DNA from: Vicugna vicugna
Lineage: Eukaryota
Length of the DNA stretch: 64,000 nucleotides
NCBI GenBank assembly: GCA_013265495.1
Contig: MU058636.1
Coordinates: forward strand, 9,626,176-9,690,175
Direction: 5' to 3'
Below, piece after piece: positions 38,891-50,567 of this stretch. Positions within the stretch are counted from its first letter, which is position 1. Each line of letters opens with the position of its first letter. The position numbers and the translations under genes were made by a program. The notes below the pieces were generated by a model that ran no database searches, was not told the origin of the DNA, and was given only the letters and a program-made list of their open reading frames with translations.

Positions 38891-40194
38891 TGGCAAAATG
38901 TTAGATTATTTAATAAATTCATTTAAATTTATGTTTTTAGGTCTTTCTGTAGTTTCAATTTTATATCAAAATTTTAAATCTACCTGAAGTTTATTTTTGT
39001 CCATGTTGGAAAGGAAGCATCTTATTTATTTTTCGCAAGTGTTTATCCGTTTACTTTATTTTTACTCAGAAAAACCCACTAAGTTCTTACATACTTTATT
39101 TTTCTTAAGTTAATTAAAGTTGCAAGAAAATAGGAAAATGTAATGACTAATAAAAGGCAAGTTTTAAACATTGAATCTTCCAGTTAGAACCTAGAACATA
39201 ATAGGGTAAAAATAGGGAAAGAAAGAATTTTAATTTGAAAGTATGAAGTCCCAATTAATACTGCAGCCTTTTTGAGTTTGTAGCATTGAATAGGTTTTGG
39301 TTATTATTTTTGTTGTCATTATCATTAGTAATTGTACCCTGAAATGTTTTTCTTGGATATGAATTGGGTCACATTTAGGGATATTTTAATATTGAGATTT
39401 GAATATAATACTTTTTATAGCTTATGTGTTGCTTGTATATACAACCATTTCCAGTTTCTTTCAAGAGTTACCTTCTCTGCCAAATTTTAATGTTCCATAT
39501 TTTATATTATATCTTTCACTTATTCTTCCCCTTGTAAATCGTTCATCTCTTTTAAAAAGATTCTAGCCTTATGAGGAAAATGACACTTATTGCAGAATGG
39601 TCTTCATTAGCAAAGCACCCAAGTGGAAATTTTTGTTAATAGAATTTTAAATGGATAGTAAAGTTGTTGGAAAGAATTGCTTTTAAAATAAAGGTATAGC
39701 CAGAGATGAACTCCTTTCATGGTTCCTTCTGTGCTTTTAAAAAGACATATTTGGGAACTAATTCTTTATCTAGTATGAAAAAAAAAAAATTCAAGGACAT
39801 CATTTTATTGAACGATGTACATTTTCCCTAACAAAGCAGTTTGAAGCACTTGAGTATTCAAGTATGTGTATTCCCATCCTAATCAAGCTCTCCTGAAACA
39901 TTCGTAACTGCAAATCTAGCAAAGTCTAAAAGGAAATATGTTGTGTACTACAAAAGACACAATGTTGTTTCAATTTTAGCTAGACAGACATTTTCTAAAA
40001 TTCTTTTCACTATAGTAATAGTACAATTCTAATTTAAAAGATACAGTATGTCATAAATGAAACCCCTATCAAATTAATAATAGTCAGGATTGATTTGCCC
40101 AGCTTACTGAAAAAAAAAACCTTAACAGTCCTTTAAATTTTGATTTAAATTCTAGGATATGGTTACTGCCTAGAATCTCTTTTCACTATTTAAA

Positions 40195-40350
40195 TTGTAG
40201 TACTTGGGCCAGCAGCATGGACATCACCTAGGAGCTTATGAGTTTAGTTGAGATTAAAAATCTCAGGCCCCAGACCTACTGAATCAGAATATACACTTTA
40301 GCTGGATTCCCTGGTCCTTCATATGCCTGTTAAAGTTTGAGAAGTGCTGT
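40195..40350. mobile_element. MER5A-like hAT MITE
   Basis: ccagcagcatggacatcacctaggagctt...tctcaggccccagacctactgaatcagaa...taaagtttgagaagtgctg. Confidence 0.8.
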
Positions 40351-40570
40351 TTTAGATGAATAGTTTGAGTTTTACATTATTCCTTGTAGATTATTCTGCC
40401 AGGAAAAACAAAATGTTTTCAGCTGAAATGCTTTTTAAATTTTAAATAAAAGTATGTGGAACAAGCTGTAATTATTTGAAATTATTTCAAACAAATGTTA
40501 GCTTGCACTCTTAGATTTATCTTGAATAACTTGATTGACTTGAAAACTTTAATTCCATAAATAAATAAGA

Positions 40571-41430
40571 GGAAACTTGGAGGTGATATGTTTTAAGCAT
40601 AGGATGTAGTGATGGTTTCAAGGGTATATTACTGAGCAAAGGCTCATGAGCCCACGATCTGGAAAGACAAACTCTGACAGTGAGTGCAGCAAAGTAAGGT
40701 TTTATTTGCAGGGTGCCAAGCAAGGAGGATGGAGAGCTCATGCTCAAAAAACCAGAACTCCCCGATGGCTTTCAGGCAAGAGTGGTTAAAGACAGTTTTA
40801 GGGAAGAGGGTCCTAGGATGCATGATGAGCTGGTGGATCTCCTGATTGGCTGGTGGTGAGGTAACAAGGTGATGTTTGGGAATCTCAGCCTTCTCGTTCC
40901 AGCCAGTCTAGTGTCTGGTGCTAATGGTCAGCATGTGCTCACCATCCTCTCCCTGGGTGGGGGATCTTAGTTTCTCCGGAACAATTCAGAGATATGCATC
41001 AGATTGTTATCTGTACCCTGCTGATTCAGGAGGAACCGGGAGTCCTGTGTCTCTGTTATTCTAGTCCTTAACTACTTGGGTCTGCTCTTCAGTACTCAGG
41101 GAAGGCCTAGGGGACTAAAAGCGTCTTGTTCTACAAACAAGAAATGGGAGGTATGGAGGGCCTGTTGTACCTGGGAAGGCCCCACAGGATCCTGCTTGGT
41201 TTTGATCCTCCCTCTTCTTTGATACTCCTCAGTCCTGAGGGGAAGGAGGGCGGGACAAGAAAGAGAATACAGTTTTGGTTAGAGAAGTTCATCATAAACT
41301 GAGTAAGGGAACTCGGTTTTAGGGAGACTTGGTTTCAGGTATACATATATCAATATTTTCATTAAGTTACATACATTAAATATTCATAGCTTTTTGTTTG
41401 TCAATCGTACCTCAATAAAGTTTAAAAAAA
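40571..41430 (+). mobile_element. Old L1 3' terminus split by the LTR (40571-40626 and 41338-41430)
   Basis: gaaacttggaggtgat...gtgatggtttcaagggta | tacatatatcaa...tacattaaatat...tacctcaataaag plus an A tail. Confidence 0.75.
40627..41337 (-). mobile_element. Solo ERV LTR (ERV1-type, 711 bp), inserted into an old L1 tail
   Basis: Minus strand starts TGAAACC and ends ...cagtaata (CA changed to TA). Minus-strand AATAAA near 40700. 4-bp TSD GGTA at 40623-40626 and 41338-41341. Confidence 0.85.
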
Positions 41431-42009
41431 ACTTCAGTTCTGTTCCCTGTCAATTTCTAGAACATATGTATATTTAGAGATAGAGCATAAGGAATCTATA
41501 TATAGAATGAAGAAATTAGTTTAAAAATTTGAGGGTTGGTTTGTTTGTTTGGCTTGGTTTTTATTTTTTGAAAACAGGTGGGTTAGTGGCCTAAGAAGCT
41601 ACAGTACAGAAAATTAGGGGGCCTTAAATGGAAGATATTTGAAAGAATAAAGCTAAAGTTGGCAGTGGAATGAGGTGGTAAAAACAGCTTTTAGAGTTTT
41701 TATGGTGCAGCCTTTTCATTTTCCTCTCATAAAGTCAGAGCACCTATTTACAAAAGGGATACAGAGCATCACAGTAAACAGTCACAGGAAGAATGAGGTT
41801 CTAATATGTAGAATATGAAGTTTCCAGGAGACCAAATGCTTGTAAATGGGAAATTTTTGTTTATACTTCACCTTTTTTAATTGGAAAATGTACATAAAAG
41901 TTATGAATATATCTTTCATAAAGTTCTTTTGTACTTTATAATTATTATTAATCACTTTTATCAATTTTAGATATTTTTATAAAACATTGATTCTCAATTT
42001 TTATATAAT

Positions 42010-43010
42010 ATAAACAAAAAAAGGCCAAATGAACTTTCATTGTAAATGGAGATAAAACTTGAGTACACAGACCTTAAGTGTAAAGTTCATTAAAATTTTG
42101 TGTTTGTGTATGTTCATTAATCGTTATCCAGATCAACATATAAAACACCTCCAGCACCTTAGAAAGCTTCTTCACACACCTTCCCGGTTGGTATCCCTCA
42201 AAGTAAACAACCATTTGACTTCTTTTTCCTATTTGTGTGTGCTATTGAAATATATTTAAATAAATTCATAGTGTTGAACTCTGAGTCTGACTTCTTTCAT
42301 TTAACATTATATAAGATTCATCCATGTTGTGTTTAGCAGTAGTTCATTTTTTAAATCATTGTTTAATAATTCTATTATATAAATTTACTACAGGTTATTA
42401 TTAGACATTTATATTATTTCTAGTTCTTAGATATTATAAATAAAGCCCCTGTGAATATTCTTGTACATGTCCTTTGGTGGATGTAGGTTTTCATTTCTCT
42501 TGTGTGTATATACAGTAATAGAATATCTAGGGTATATGATTGATAGCTTTCATAGCTACTACCAAGCATTTTTGCAAAACGGTTGTACCAGTTTATCCTA
42601 CCAGAAATGTATGGGAATTTGAGTTCCTCCACATCCTCTCCAGTGCTTGTTATTGTTAGTCTTTAATTTTAGCCATTGTGGAAGTTGTGTGGTGGTATTT
42701 CATTTTGATTTGTACTTTTCTGAAGGCTACTAATGTTACATATTTTTTTTTATTGAAGTATAGTCAGTTTACGATGTCGACTTATAATGTGTTAATTTCT
42801 GGTGTACAGTATAGTGATTCAGTGATATATATGTAGTTATATATATATAGTATAGTTATATATAGTATATGTATTACTATATATGTATACTTTCTCATGA
42901 TAGGTTATTATAAGATACTGATCCTGTGCTATACAATAGGACCTTGTTGAGCTACACACTTTCATAGCTAATTTAGCAACCTTCTTTGGCTTTTTTTTTA
43001 AGGTGTTTGC
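42010..43010 (-). mobile_element. Old L1 (L1MB/ME-like) 3' region
   Basis: ccagatcaacatataaaacacctccagc...gattcatccatgttgtg...gaatattcttgtacatgtcctttggtgga...cctccacatcctctccag. Confidence 0.8.
42743..42948 (-). mobile_element. Younger L1 3' tail nested in the older L1, with internal (TA)-rich tract
   Basis: T-run, then attgaagtatagtcagtttac...ttctggtgtacagtatagtgattcag...ataggttattataagata...cctgtgctatacaataggaccttgtt. Resembles artiodactyl L1 3' ends. Confidence 0.75.
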
Positions 43011-43984
43011 TCATTGTCCCTAAGGGTGTATGCTTTGAACATAATCAGCGATGTGTGTCCATTTACTGACATTAACATGCTTGGTGTTAATAGCACACAG
43101 TCTAGAACATGAGGGAGATATTTTTTTTTGTAGGGCAAAAGTTTACATATTCTTCAACATTTTTCCACCAGTGTGTAAAATTTCTATTATTAGCTTGAGT
43201 CCAAGTAGCTGTAATAGTAACACCTCTTCCTCCTACTCATGATACTCTGAGGATGCATCTGCCACTCACTTGCTAGTGGTAACTTGGTTTCTGAGGAAGT
43301 ACTTGTAAATAGATTGGTATTTGCTGCACAGATCAAAGCTTATAGGAGTTTCTGTATTGTAATTATTGTTATACAGGAAGTTCATAGGCTTTGTTTTAAC
43401 AATTGCTACAACTTTTTTGTAGATTCTCTAAATCACAAAGCCCACTTAATTCTAGTGTTTGGGCTCTACAACCATATACATTAAATACAAAATATATGTA
43501 GATACAAATGATAGAAGGTCAGTATGAAGTAAGCACAGGATTGCATTGGAGGGACTTCAGAAGAAATAGAGAAAGATTTACTTTGTGTAATATTTAACCG
43601 TTAGAAACAAAATTCACTTAGATGAAATTAAATTGAAGTAATGGAGCATATTCATCAGACATTCTCTTCTTTAGATTTTCTTTCCATTATTCCTAGGATA
43701 GAATTGTAAAGTCTGAAATCTTGTTTATCTGACAATTGCTATAATTTTCACTTTGCTTTAGATGTGTGATTCTGACCTGTTGCTGATCTCACCTACGGGT
43801 GTGTGTGAAAGTGCCTTATGGAAGGGCAGTTTGTTCAATGAAGTGAGCTCAAGTAGCATTCCCTGTATCATTTACCATTGGCTCTAACTATGGAAAACTG
43901 TGACCTTTACTTTAAATTTGCATGGCTTTTAAAGGCCTTAGTTGAAGGAGATAAAAGAGATTTCTCTTCAACTTTTAAATTTTA

Positions 43985-44950
43985 GTTACTGTCTAATGTC
44001 CCTTCATTTTAGCCTGAAGGATTCCCTCCAGTATTTCTTGCAGAGCAGGTTTGCTAGTAAAAAGCTTTTGTTTTTGTGTATTGGGTAGGTCTTAATTTCT
44101 TCTTCATTCTTGAAGAATAGTTTTGCTGGATATAGAATTCTTGATTGACAGTCTCTTTCAGCCCTCAAGTGTATCATCCAGTGCCTTCTGGTCTCCATGT
44201 TTTCTGATGAGAAGTCAACTGTTAATCTTATTGAGAACCCTTTGTTCAGAATGAGTTACTTCTCTCTTGTTGATTTTAAGATTCCCTCTTTATCTTTGTC
44301 TTTTAAGTTTGATTATGATGTATTTCAGTGTAAATCTATTTAAGTTTGTTCTGCTTGGAGTTCATGAACTTCTTGGGTATTTAGTTTAATTTTTTTTTTA
44401 AATTGGACTTACTAGATCTCCTGCTACTATTTCTTCAAATACTCTTTTTGCACTTCCCTCCCTTATTTCTTCTCCTGAGATTCTCATTGTACTGCTGTTG
44501 TTAATGTTGTCCCATAGGTCTCTGAGACTCTGTTAATTTTCTTTCATTTTTTTTTCTTTCTGTTCCTCAAATTGATCAATCTTAATTGACCTATTTTTAA
44601 GTTCACTAATTATTCTTTCTGCTCAAATCTGTTGACTCCCTATAGTGAATTTTTTATTTGCTATTGTGCTTCTCAACTGCAGTATTTCTATTTGGCAGTT
44701 TGTTTTTTTTTCACCATTTCTCTTTATTGATATTCTCTATTTTATAAGACATTATTCTCTTACTTTCCTTTAGTTCATTAACATGGTTTCCTTTAGTTTT
44801 TGAACACATTTAAAAGAGCTGATTTAAAGTCTTCGGCTAGTATTTCCAACATCTAGGCTTCCTCAGGGAAAGTTTCTATTGATTATTGGGATTTTTTTTC
44901 CTGTAAATGACTGGTTTTTTGTTTGTTGGCATGTCTCATAATTTTTTGTT
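43985..44950 (-). mobile_element. Decayed L1 ORF1 region
   Basis: Minus-strand ORF 44004-44198 contains SRILYPAKLFFKNEEEIKT, the L1 ORF1p C-terminal motif. Confidence 0.85.
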
Positions 44951-45254
44951 TTTGTTGCTTTTAGGAAGGAGGGAGGATTTTTGGAGGTCCATACTTTGCC
45001 ATTCCTGCTGTCACTTTTAATGTATTAACTTTTATACATAAAGCATTCTAAATACAAATCCTGATATTTTAAAATTCTTATGCTTTCCTGTCTACCTGAC
45101 ACAAGGGTATGGTGTCTTACATGGATTTATAAGTACTAGCTTTTGTTTCATTTATAAAGTCTGACTGTATATATTATAAGTACATTGAAAAATGTTTTAA
45201 AAAAAATCACAGGCGCCTCTTGGATATCACGATACCATCAAGTAGAGGTAATGA

Positions 45255-45430
45255 ACTTAGCCAGTTAATAAGTGCCAGGTACTCTATTCAGTAGTTAAGA
45301 TGCAGTAATCCCCTATAATCTTTACAGAATCCCTCTGAACCTCTGTGATTTTAAATAACTTTCCCAAGGTCACAAACTAGTAAGTGGTAGGTACAAAATG
45401 TAGAATTAATCTCCGACTCCAGAACCCGAG
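45255..45430 (-). mobile_element. MIR SINE
   Basis: taaataactttcccaaggtcacaaactagtaagtggtag...ctccgactccagaacc. Confidence 0.7.
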
Positions 45431-45439
45431 ATTTCGGTG

Positions 45440-45622
45440 GCAGTGTTGTGTTCTTTCTGTGAAGTGTGTGGCCCATGAACCAGTGTCCTGAAAATCACCT
45501 GAGGTGCTTGTTGAAAGATTTCTAGACCCCATACGTATACATAGTGAGCCAAAATACCTGAGATTTGGGCATGAGTATGGGTGGTGATTCTCAGTTATAT
45601 TATAGCTGGTGAAGCGCTGGTC
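45440..45622. mobile_element. MER5-like hAT MITE
   Basis: cagtgttg...aagtgtgtggcccatgaaccag...aaatcacctgaggtgcttgtt...ggtgattctc. Confidence 0.55.
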
Positions 45623-45994
45623 TCTAGATTGGTTTTTTCTTAAGTCTTGATCTAAAAAACAAAACCGGGTCATTTCAAATCCATATGAAAATATAATCCT
45701 ACAATTCAAAGACTGCTAAGTTTCCTCATAATTTTTTTTTAAATTTTAGAAGTACCAAGTCTTTACTTCTAATTGTGATACGTTAATTGTGAGGTAGAAT
45801 AACAAAAAACTTTTGTGTCACTTTCTGTGCTGATTAGTACAAGATAACTTACAGATAAATTATAGATTTTGAAATGTGTCAGCCAGTGCTTTATGTCTTT
45901 TATATGTATTATTTTACATGTGAACCGGCATTTATTTAGACACTAAAATTGAGCAGAAAAATATAAACAGGGGGTAAATCGTCCTTTATTTTAG

Positions 45995-46126
45995 GTTGAA
46001 CTCCCGCCACCTGATCTTGGACCAAGTTCTGCATTAAATCAGACACTCATGCTGTTGCGTGAAGTGTTGGCATCTCATGACTCTTCGGTCGTACCGCTAG
46101 ATGCCCGTCAGGCTGACTTTGTGCAG
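45995..46126 (+). CDS. COG6: COG6 exon 14 (132 nt)
   Basis: tttag|GTT ... CAG|gtatgt. Encodes [44 protein letters not shown]. Confidence 0.97.
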
Positions 46127-46445
46127 GTATGTTGTACAGTCATTTGTAATGATTCTTACTGCCCCTTTATTGTACATTCTGTTGAGATTCTGACATTTTA
46201 TAACCCATATATTTTGACAGTCTCTCATTGCTTTTTATTTCAAATGTTAAACCAGTTATCTTTAAAAAGTGTTCAGTGATGCTTATTTTAAAACTATTCA
46301 GTTATTATACCATTTAATCTTTTTCTTATGTGCTTCTGTAAGTTGGCCCCCTTCCTATTAATTTGACATTCTGAAGTGCCCTTAACACAGACCTGTTTCA
46401 CTCTTGGGAAATAAAGAATACATTAATTTTATTTTTCATTTCTAG

Positions 46446-46613
46446 GTTTTATCATGTGTCCTGGATCCTCTCCTCCAGATGTGTACTGTGTCAGCCAGCA
46501 ATTTAGGCACAGCTGACATGGCCACGTTCATGGTCAATTCACTGTATATGATGAAGACCACTTTAGCCCTGTTTGAATTCACTGACAGACGTCTGGAAAT
46601 GCTACAGTTTCAG
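46446..46613 (+). CDS. COG6: COG6 exon 15 (168 nt)
   Basis: tctag|GTT ... CAG|gttagt. Encodes [56 protein letters not shown]. Confidence 0.97.
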
Positions 46614-47849
46614 GTTAGTTTTGCCATAAAGCGACTGCTCACTGCGATGAAATCTTTTTCCTATCCATGATCTCAGTTACTGACTTTAAGCTAATTTCAG
46701 TGACCTAATTTCTGTGAATTCCTTGTGATAGTCTGATAGAACCCCCAACCCCCGCCACATCTCAAGCATGTTCAGTATTTCCGTTGTTTTGGAGGGGCCA
46801 AAATATGTAACGGGTAAGATATTTTATTCAAGCCATAATATGGGATGGTAGAAGGAAGTTTTTCTGACAAATGTGAACCATTATTCTGTATGCAGATTTC
46901 AGTTTCTGAACTGTGAATAATGTGCTGTGTTTTTCAAGCTGTGTAGCTAGTGCAGAAGGTGCTGCAGAGGACAGATATATTTTTATCTATGTGTAAACCA
47001 GTGTTAGGCAAAACATTACAGTTCGTTATACCGAGAGCTCCAGTCCTATAAGCCAAATGGGATCACTTAAGAGTCACAACAAAGCCATTTATAAAATTTA
47101 CCAGATACTTGGCTTCTGATTTTGAAATAGTGACTTTTGGTAGATCTAACATTAAAAAAAAAAAACGAAAAGTTATCTCCTTTGTCATCAGCAGTATATA
47201 GACAGTTTGGCAGTGACTATAGTAAAGATTGGTCACGTTTTGAGTTTTTGTAAGGAATGAGTTTTGAGACCTCTAAGTTTATGATATTCTCTAATTTCTA
47301 GTTCTTTGAAAAGAAATATAATGAAGTATGATTAGTTTTACTTTCTTTCTTTTTTTAAATTTATGTGTAATTAATAAATTTTTTTAAATTCATTGGTTTT
47401 TTTTTACTGTATTTATCACTAATTCAACTCCAAACTCTGCCATTTGTCTAAATTTGTTCTCAAGATGTGCAGATATATCAGGTGTTCAATAATCTATTTT
47501 GTCACCATTTATCTTTGTTTCTTAAATATTCCAAAGCCATTTTTTGCATTCCAAGAGGACAAGCCCCACCACGTAAGTGCTCATTAAGCCTGCACTTGCG
47601 TCATGCTTGCTGAGAGGCTGGTGGCCAGTGCTGGTTGCGTGGACCAGCCCACAGTCAGTGTACGAGAGGACTGTGCCAGGATGTGGATGCTGGAAGGCGT
47701 CGGCCCCCACAGTAACAGTTTACCATGTTGACTAAAAGATTCTTGATTTTCAGACCTTTTCTACCAATAGTTTATTAATTTTCTTCCACTTTTACTTAGC
47801 TTCTTCCAGTATTTAAAATGAGAAATTAAGCCTAAAAAAAAAAAAAGAA

Positions 47850-48450
47850 ATTCAGCCTAGTCTGATTCTCTTTTGTTTGTGATTCTTATCTTATTCTGTT
47901 CATATGGAAGCTTATGAGTATTTATTTTCCTTTGAGTTCATGTATTTCCTCAGGGTGTTTTTTGGTGTATCTCTTTTTCTGTTATTTCCATCTTGGACTT
48001 TACAGTCAGTGTGAAGATTCAACCCTTTCTTTAGTTTAATGAAGTTTCCTATTATCTTTAATTAATTATCACTTCTCCATCTGTTACTTTTTATGTTCTG
48101 AAGCTCCTGTCCTTGGCTTTATCTCCTGAATCTGTCTTTTAGTTTCTTTTTAAATCTCTTCACTTTAGTGTATTTCTTTGACATTTACTCTGTATTCCTA
48201 TTCTTCCATTTTTCTTTCAGGTACTAATTTGGTTCTTTGCAGTAACTCTTTCCTTAAATATTTATATTTGCAATCTTGTTTTTCTTTGATTTCCACTAAG
48301 TCTATTAAGTAAGGGTTCTAATCGTACTTTCTTGGCCATTCACTTAAAAAAACTAAAGTGCTCTGTGTCTTTCAGTAGTGTTGTCTCAGGAAAAAATACT
48401 TGCTCCCGTCGTTCAGGTGGGTTTCCTCTTGGTGCCTACTTACCTGTTTT
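47850..48450 (-). mobile_element. Very old L1/HAL1-like fragment
   Basis: T-rich stretch resembling antisense L1 ORF1 (tgaagattcaaccc...aagtttcctattatc...ttctccatctg). Family uncertain. Confidence 0.45.
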
Positions 48451-49301
48451 AAATCAGTTGTAAGTTTTGAGGGGAGGGGCTCAGCTACTGGAGTCACTTG
48501 GATGCTGGCAAGTATCCAGGTGGTAACAGATAGTATCTGTCCTGTGCTGCTGGCCGACAAACTGGTACAGCCCAGGGAACTATCTGGTGAGGGGAGAAGG
48601 AAGGCCTTGAGACTTCCAGGCCTGTGCTGGGAAGAGGAAGGGGCAGCAGACTTCTCCCCGCTAGGAAGGGCTTCATCCCGCCAGGGGGGTCTCCTTCCAC
48701 GGCTTCTGCCCCCGGAGCATTAGGTGGCCTCCCCAAAGGCAGCACAAAGCCGGTGAGCGCGTGCAGCTCACCCCTGCCAGCCAGGCCGTCTCAGGCCGTC
48801 CCCCAGCCCGAAGCCTTTGACCAGCTCTGCTGGGTCCTCAGCAGTCCCCTGGTTGTCACAGGCCTGCCGTGTCCTCACGAGGCCTCACCGCCTCGGCCCC
48901 CGTGGGATTTCCGCCAGGCGTCTCCGGAGGGCGTGCTGGCTCGGCTGTGCCAGTCCAGCAGGCCGGGGGCCTGCGGCAGTGCGGAGGGGAGGAACCTCAG
49001 GTCCTCGTCTCCCCGGAACCCTTCCCGAGTAGTGTAGTTTACGCTGTTGTTGATGAGTAGTTCTTATTTGTTTGCTTGTGATTTGCTTAATGCCAGCTTT
49101 TAAAAGAGCAGAGAAGCAACTCAAATTTTTTTGACTAGTCCTGGAACCCTCTTTGGTTATCATTTTAAGTAAGACTTTCCCTCCCTTTTGTAAGAGGACT
49201 TCCTCTTTGGAGGAAGGAAGAGCCTTTATGTAGAAGCAGCCGGCTCTCCACAGTCTTACTCTTCTTTTAAAACACTTCCTTTCAATTTTGTTTTATTTTA
49301 G

Positions 49302-49409
49302 ATTGAAGCACATTTGGACACGCTTATAAATGAGCAAGCCTCTTACGTTTTAACTAGAGCAGGCCTGAGTTACATCTATAACACTGTGCAGCAGCACAAA
49401 CCTGAACAG
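49302..49409 (+). CDS. COG6: COG6 exon 16 (108 nt)
   Basis: tttag|ATT ... CAG|gtaagc. Encodes [36 protein letters not shown]. Confidence 0.97.
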
Positions 49410-49439
49410 GTAAGCACTGGATGTTCCTGAGTGGATGTG

Positions 49440-49672
49440 TCAGTTTAGAGTGTGGGTTCTAGAGCAGACTCTGGTGTGAATCTTGGCTCTGCCGCTTAAT
49501 AGCAGTTTTTCACTGGGAAAGTGACTTGTCTCTCTGTGTGTGTTTCCTCATCTGTAGATTGGAGGTAGTAACTTGGATCATAGGTTGTTCTGAAGATTAA
49601 GTGAGATATTACACGTATAGTTCTTGACTACCTGAGATATAGTAAAGCTTCCCAAAGTATTAACTATCCTTT
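49440..49672 (+). mobile_element. MIR SINE just downstream of exon 16
   Basis: ggtgtgaatcttggctctgccgctta...tttcctcatctgtagattgg...cataggttgttctgaagattaagtgaga. Confidence 0.8.
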
Positions 49673-50479
49673 TTACTACAAATAGTTTAGGTTAAAAGTA
49701 ATGAAAGTATACAAAAATTAGTATTATAAAATATTTGAAGGATATTCATATTGGTAAAATTTTCTGAGTCCTTTATCACTGTCAGTTAATTGAATGTCTA
49801 GATTACTGTGTAAATATCAGTCATCCCCTTTTTAATTTAGCAAATCATGTTCTATTACTTTGGAAAAGTAAATACTTCTGGGGCTAGCATAGGATCTTAA
49901 GTTATAGGACTCCCGCAGAATTAGAAAGTGGAGTTCTGTGACCCCTAGAAAACCATGTAGGTATCTTTCTTTAAGAAGCAGAAAAACTATTTTAAATGAC
50001 ATTAGCATGAAGAATATTTTATAGCCCAGGAACTCTTAAGCGAAGCTCTCAAAAATCACAAATTTTGAATTTTTTCTTTTGTTAAAGTAGTAAGCAAATT
50101 TCTACCAGTAGGGACCAATTCTGCAGCCTTTTATACTATCTAAAATTGTCAAAGTGAAGCTTCTAAAGCCCCCATGTCGCACTGCCGTTTCTGGGCTTCT
50201 CCGCCCCTTTTCTTCTCCTTAGGAGTAAAGCTGAAGTATACTGCTACTTCCATTGTTAATAAGCGTACATGCTCTCACTCCCTCCAACAAGTATTATTGA
50301 GTGCCTTCGTGCTAGTGATGCAAAAACGAACAGATAAGAGTCCCTGTTCTAACTGAGGTTGAAGATGTGACATTTGAGTTCTTTGGAAATAAGCTAAATT
50401 TTTTAATTTGGGCCAGGGACTGTATTACTAATGGACTGTATTTCATAAGTGAACTGAAATGTATAGCACCTGTTTTCTT

Positions 50480-50481
<2 letters not shown>

Positions 50482-50516
<35 letters not shown>
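50482..50516. repeat. Poly-T homopolymer (35 nt) at the exon 17 acceptor
   Basis: Seen directly. Confidence 0.95.
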
Positions 50517-50517
<1 letters not shown>

Positions 50518-50567
50518 GATTAGCTAATTTGCCCAACCTGGATTCTGTGGCACTGAAGGCTGCAATG
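50514..50567 (+). CDS. COG6: COG6 exon 17; 5' boundary unresolved (no in-frame AG acceptor in this sequence)
   Basis: LANLPNLDSVALKAAM reads from 50520, with a strong donor ATG|gtaagt. Start 50514 is inferred from the expected 18-codon exon, but the bases there are poly-T followed by GGA. Confidence 0.8.

Noticed and set aside
37779..38987. Functional reverse transcriptase gene
   Set aside because: Fragmented L1 ORF2 with frameshifts and stops, so a decayed retrotransposon.
48400..49163. Cluster of 60-137 aa ORFs
   Set aside because: By-product of the GC-rich block, with no protein family resemblance or exon-like support.
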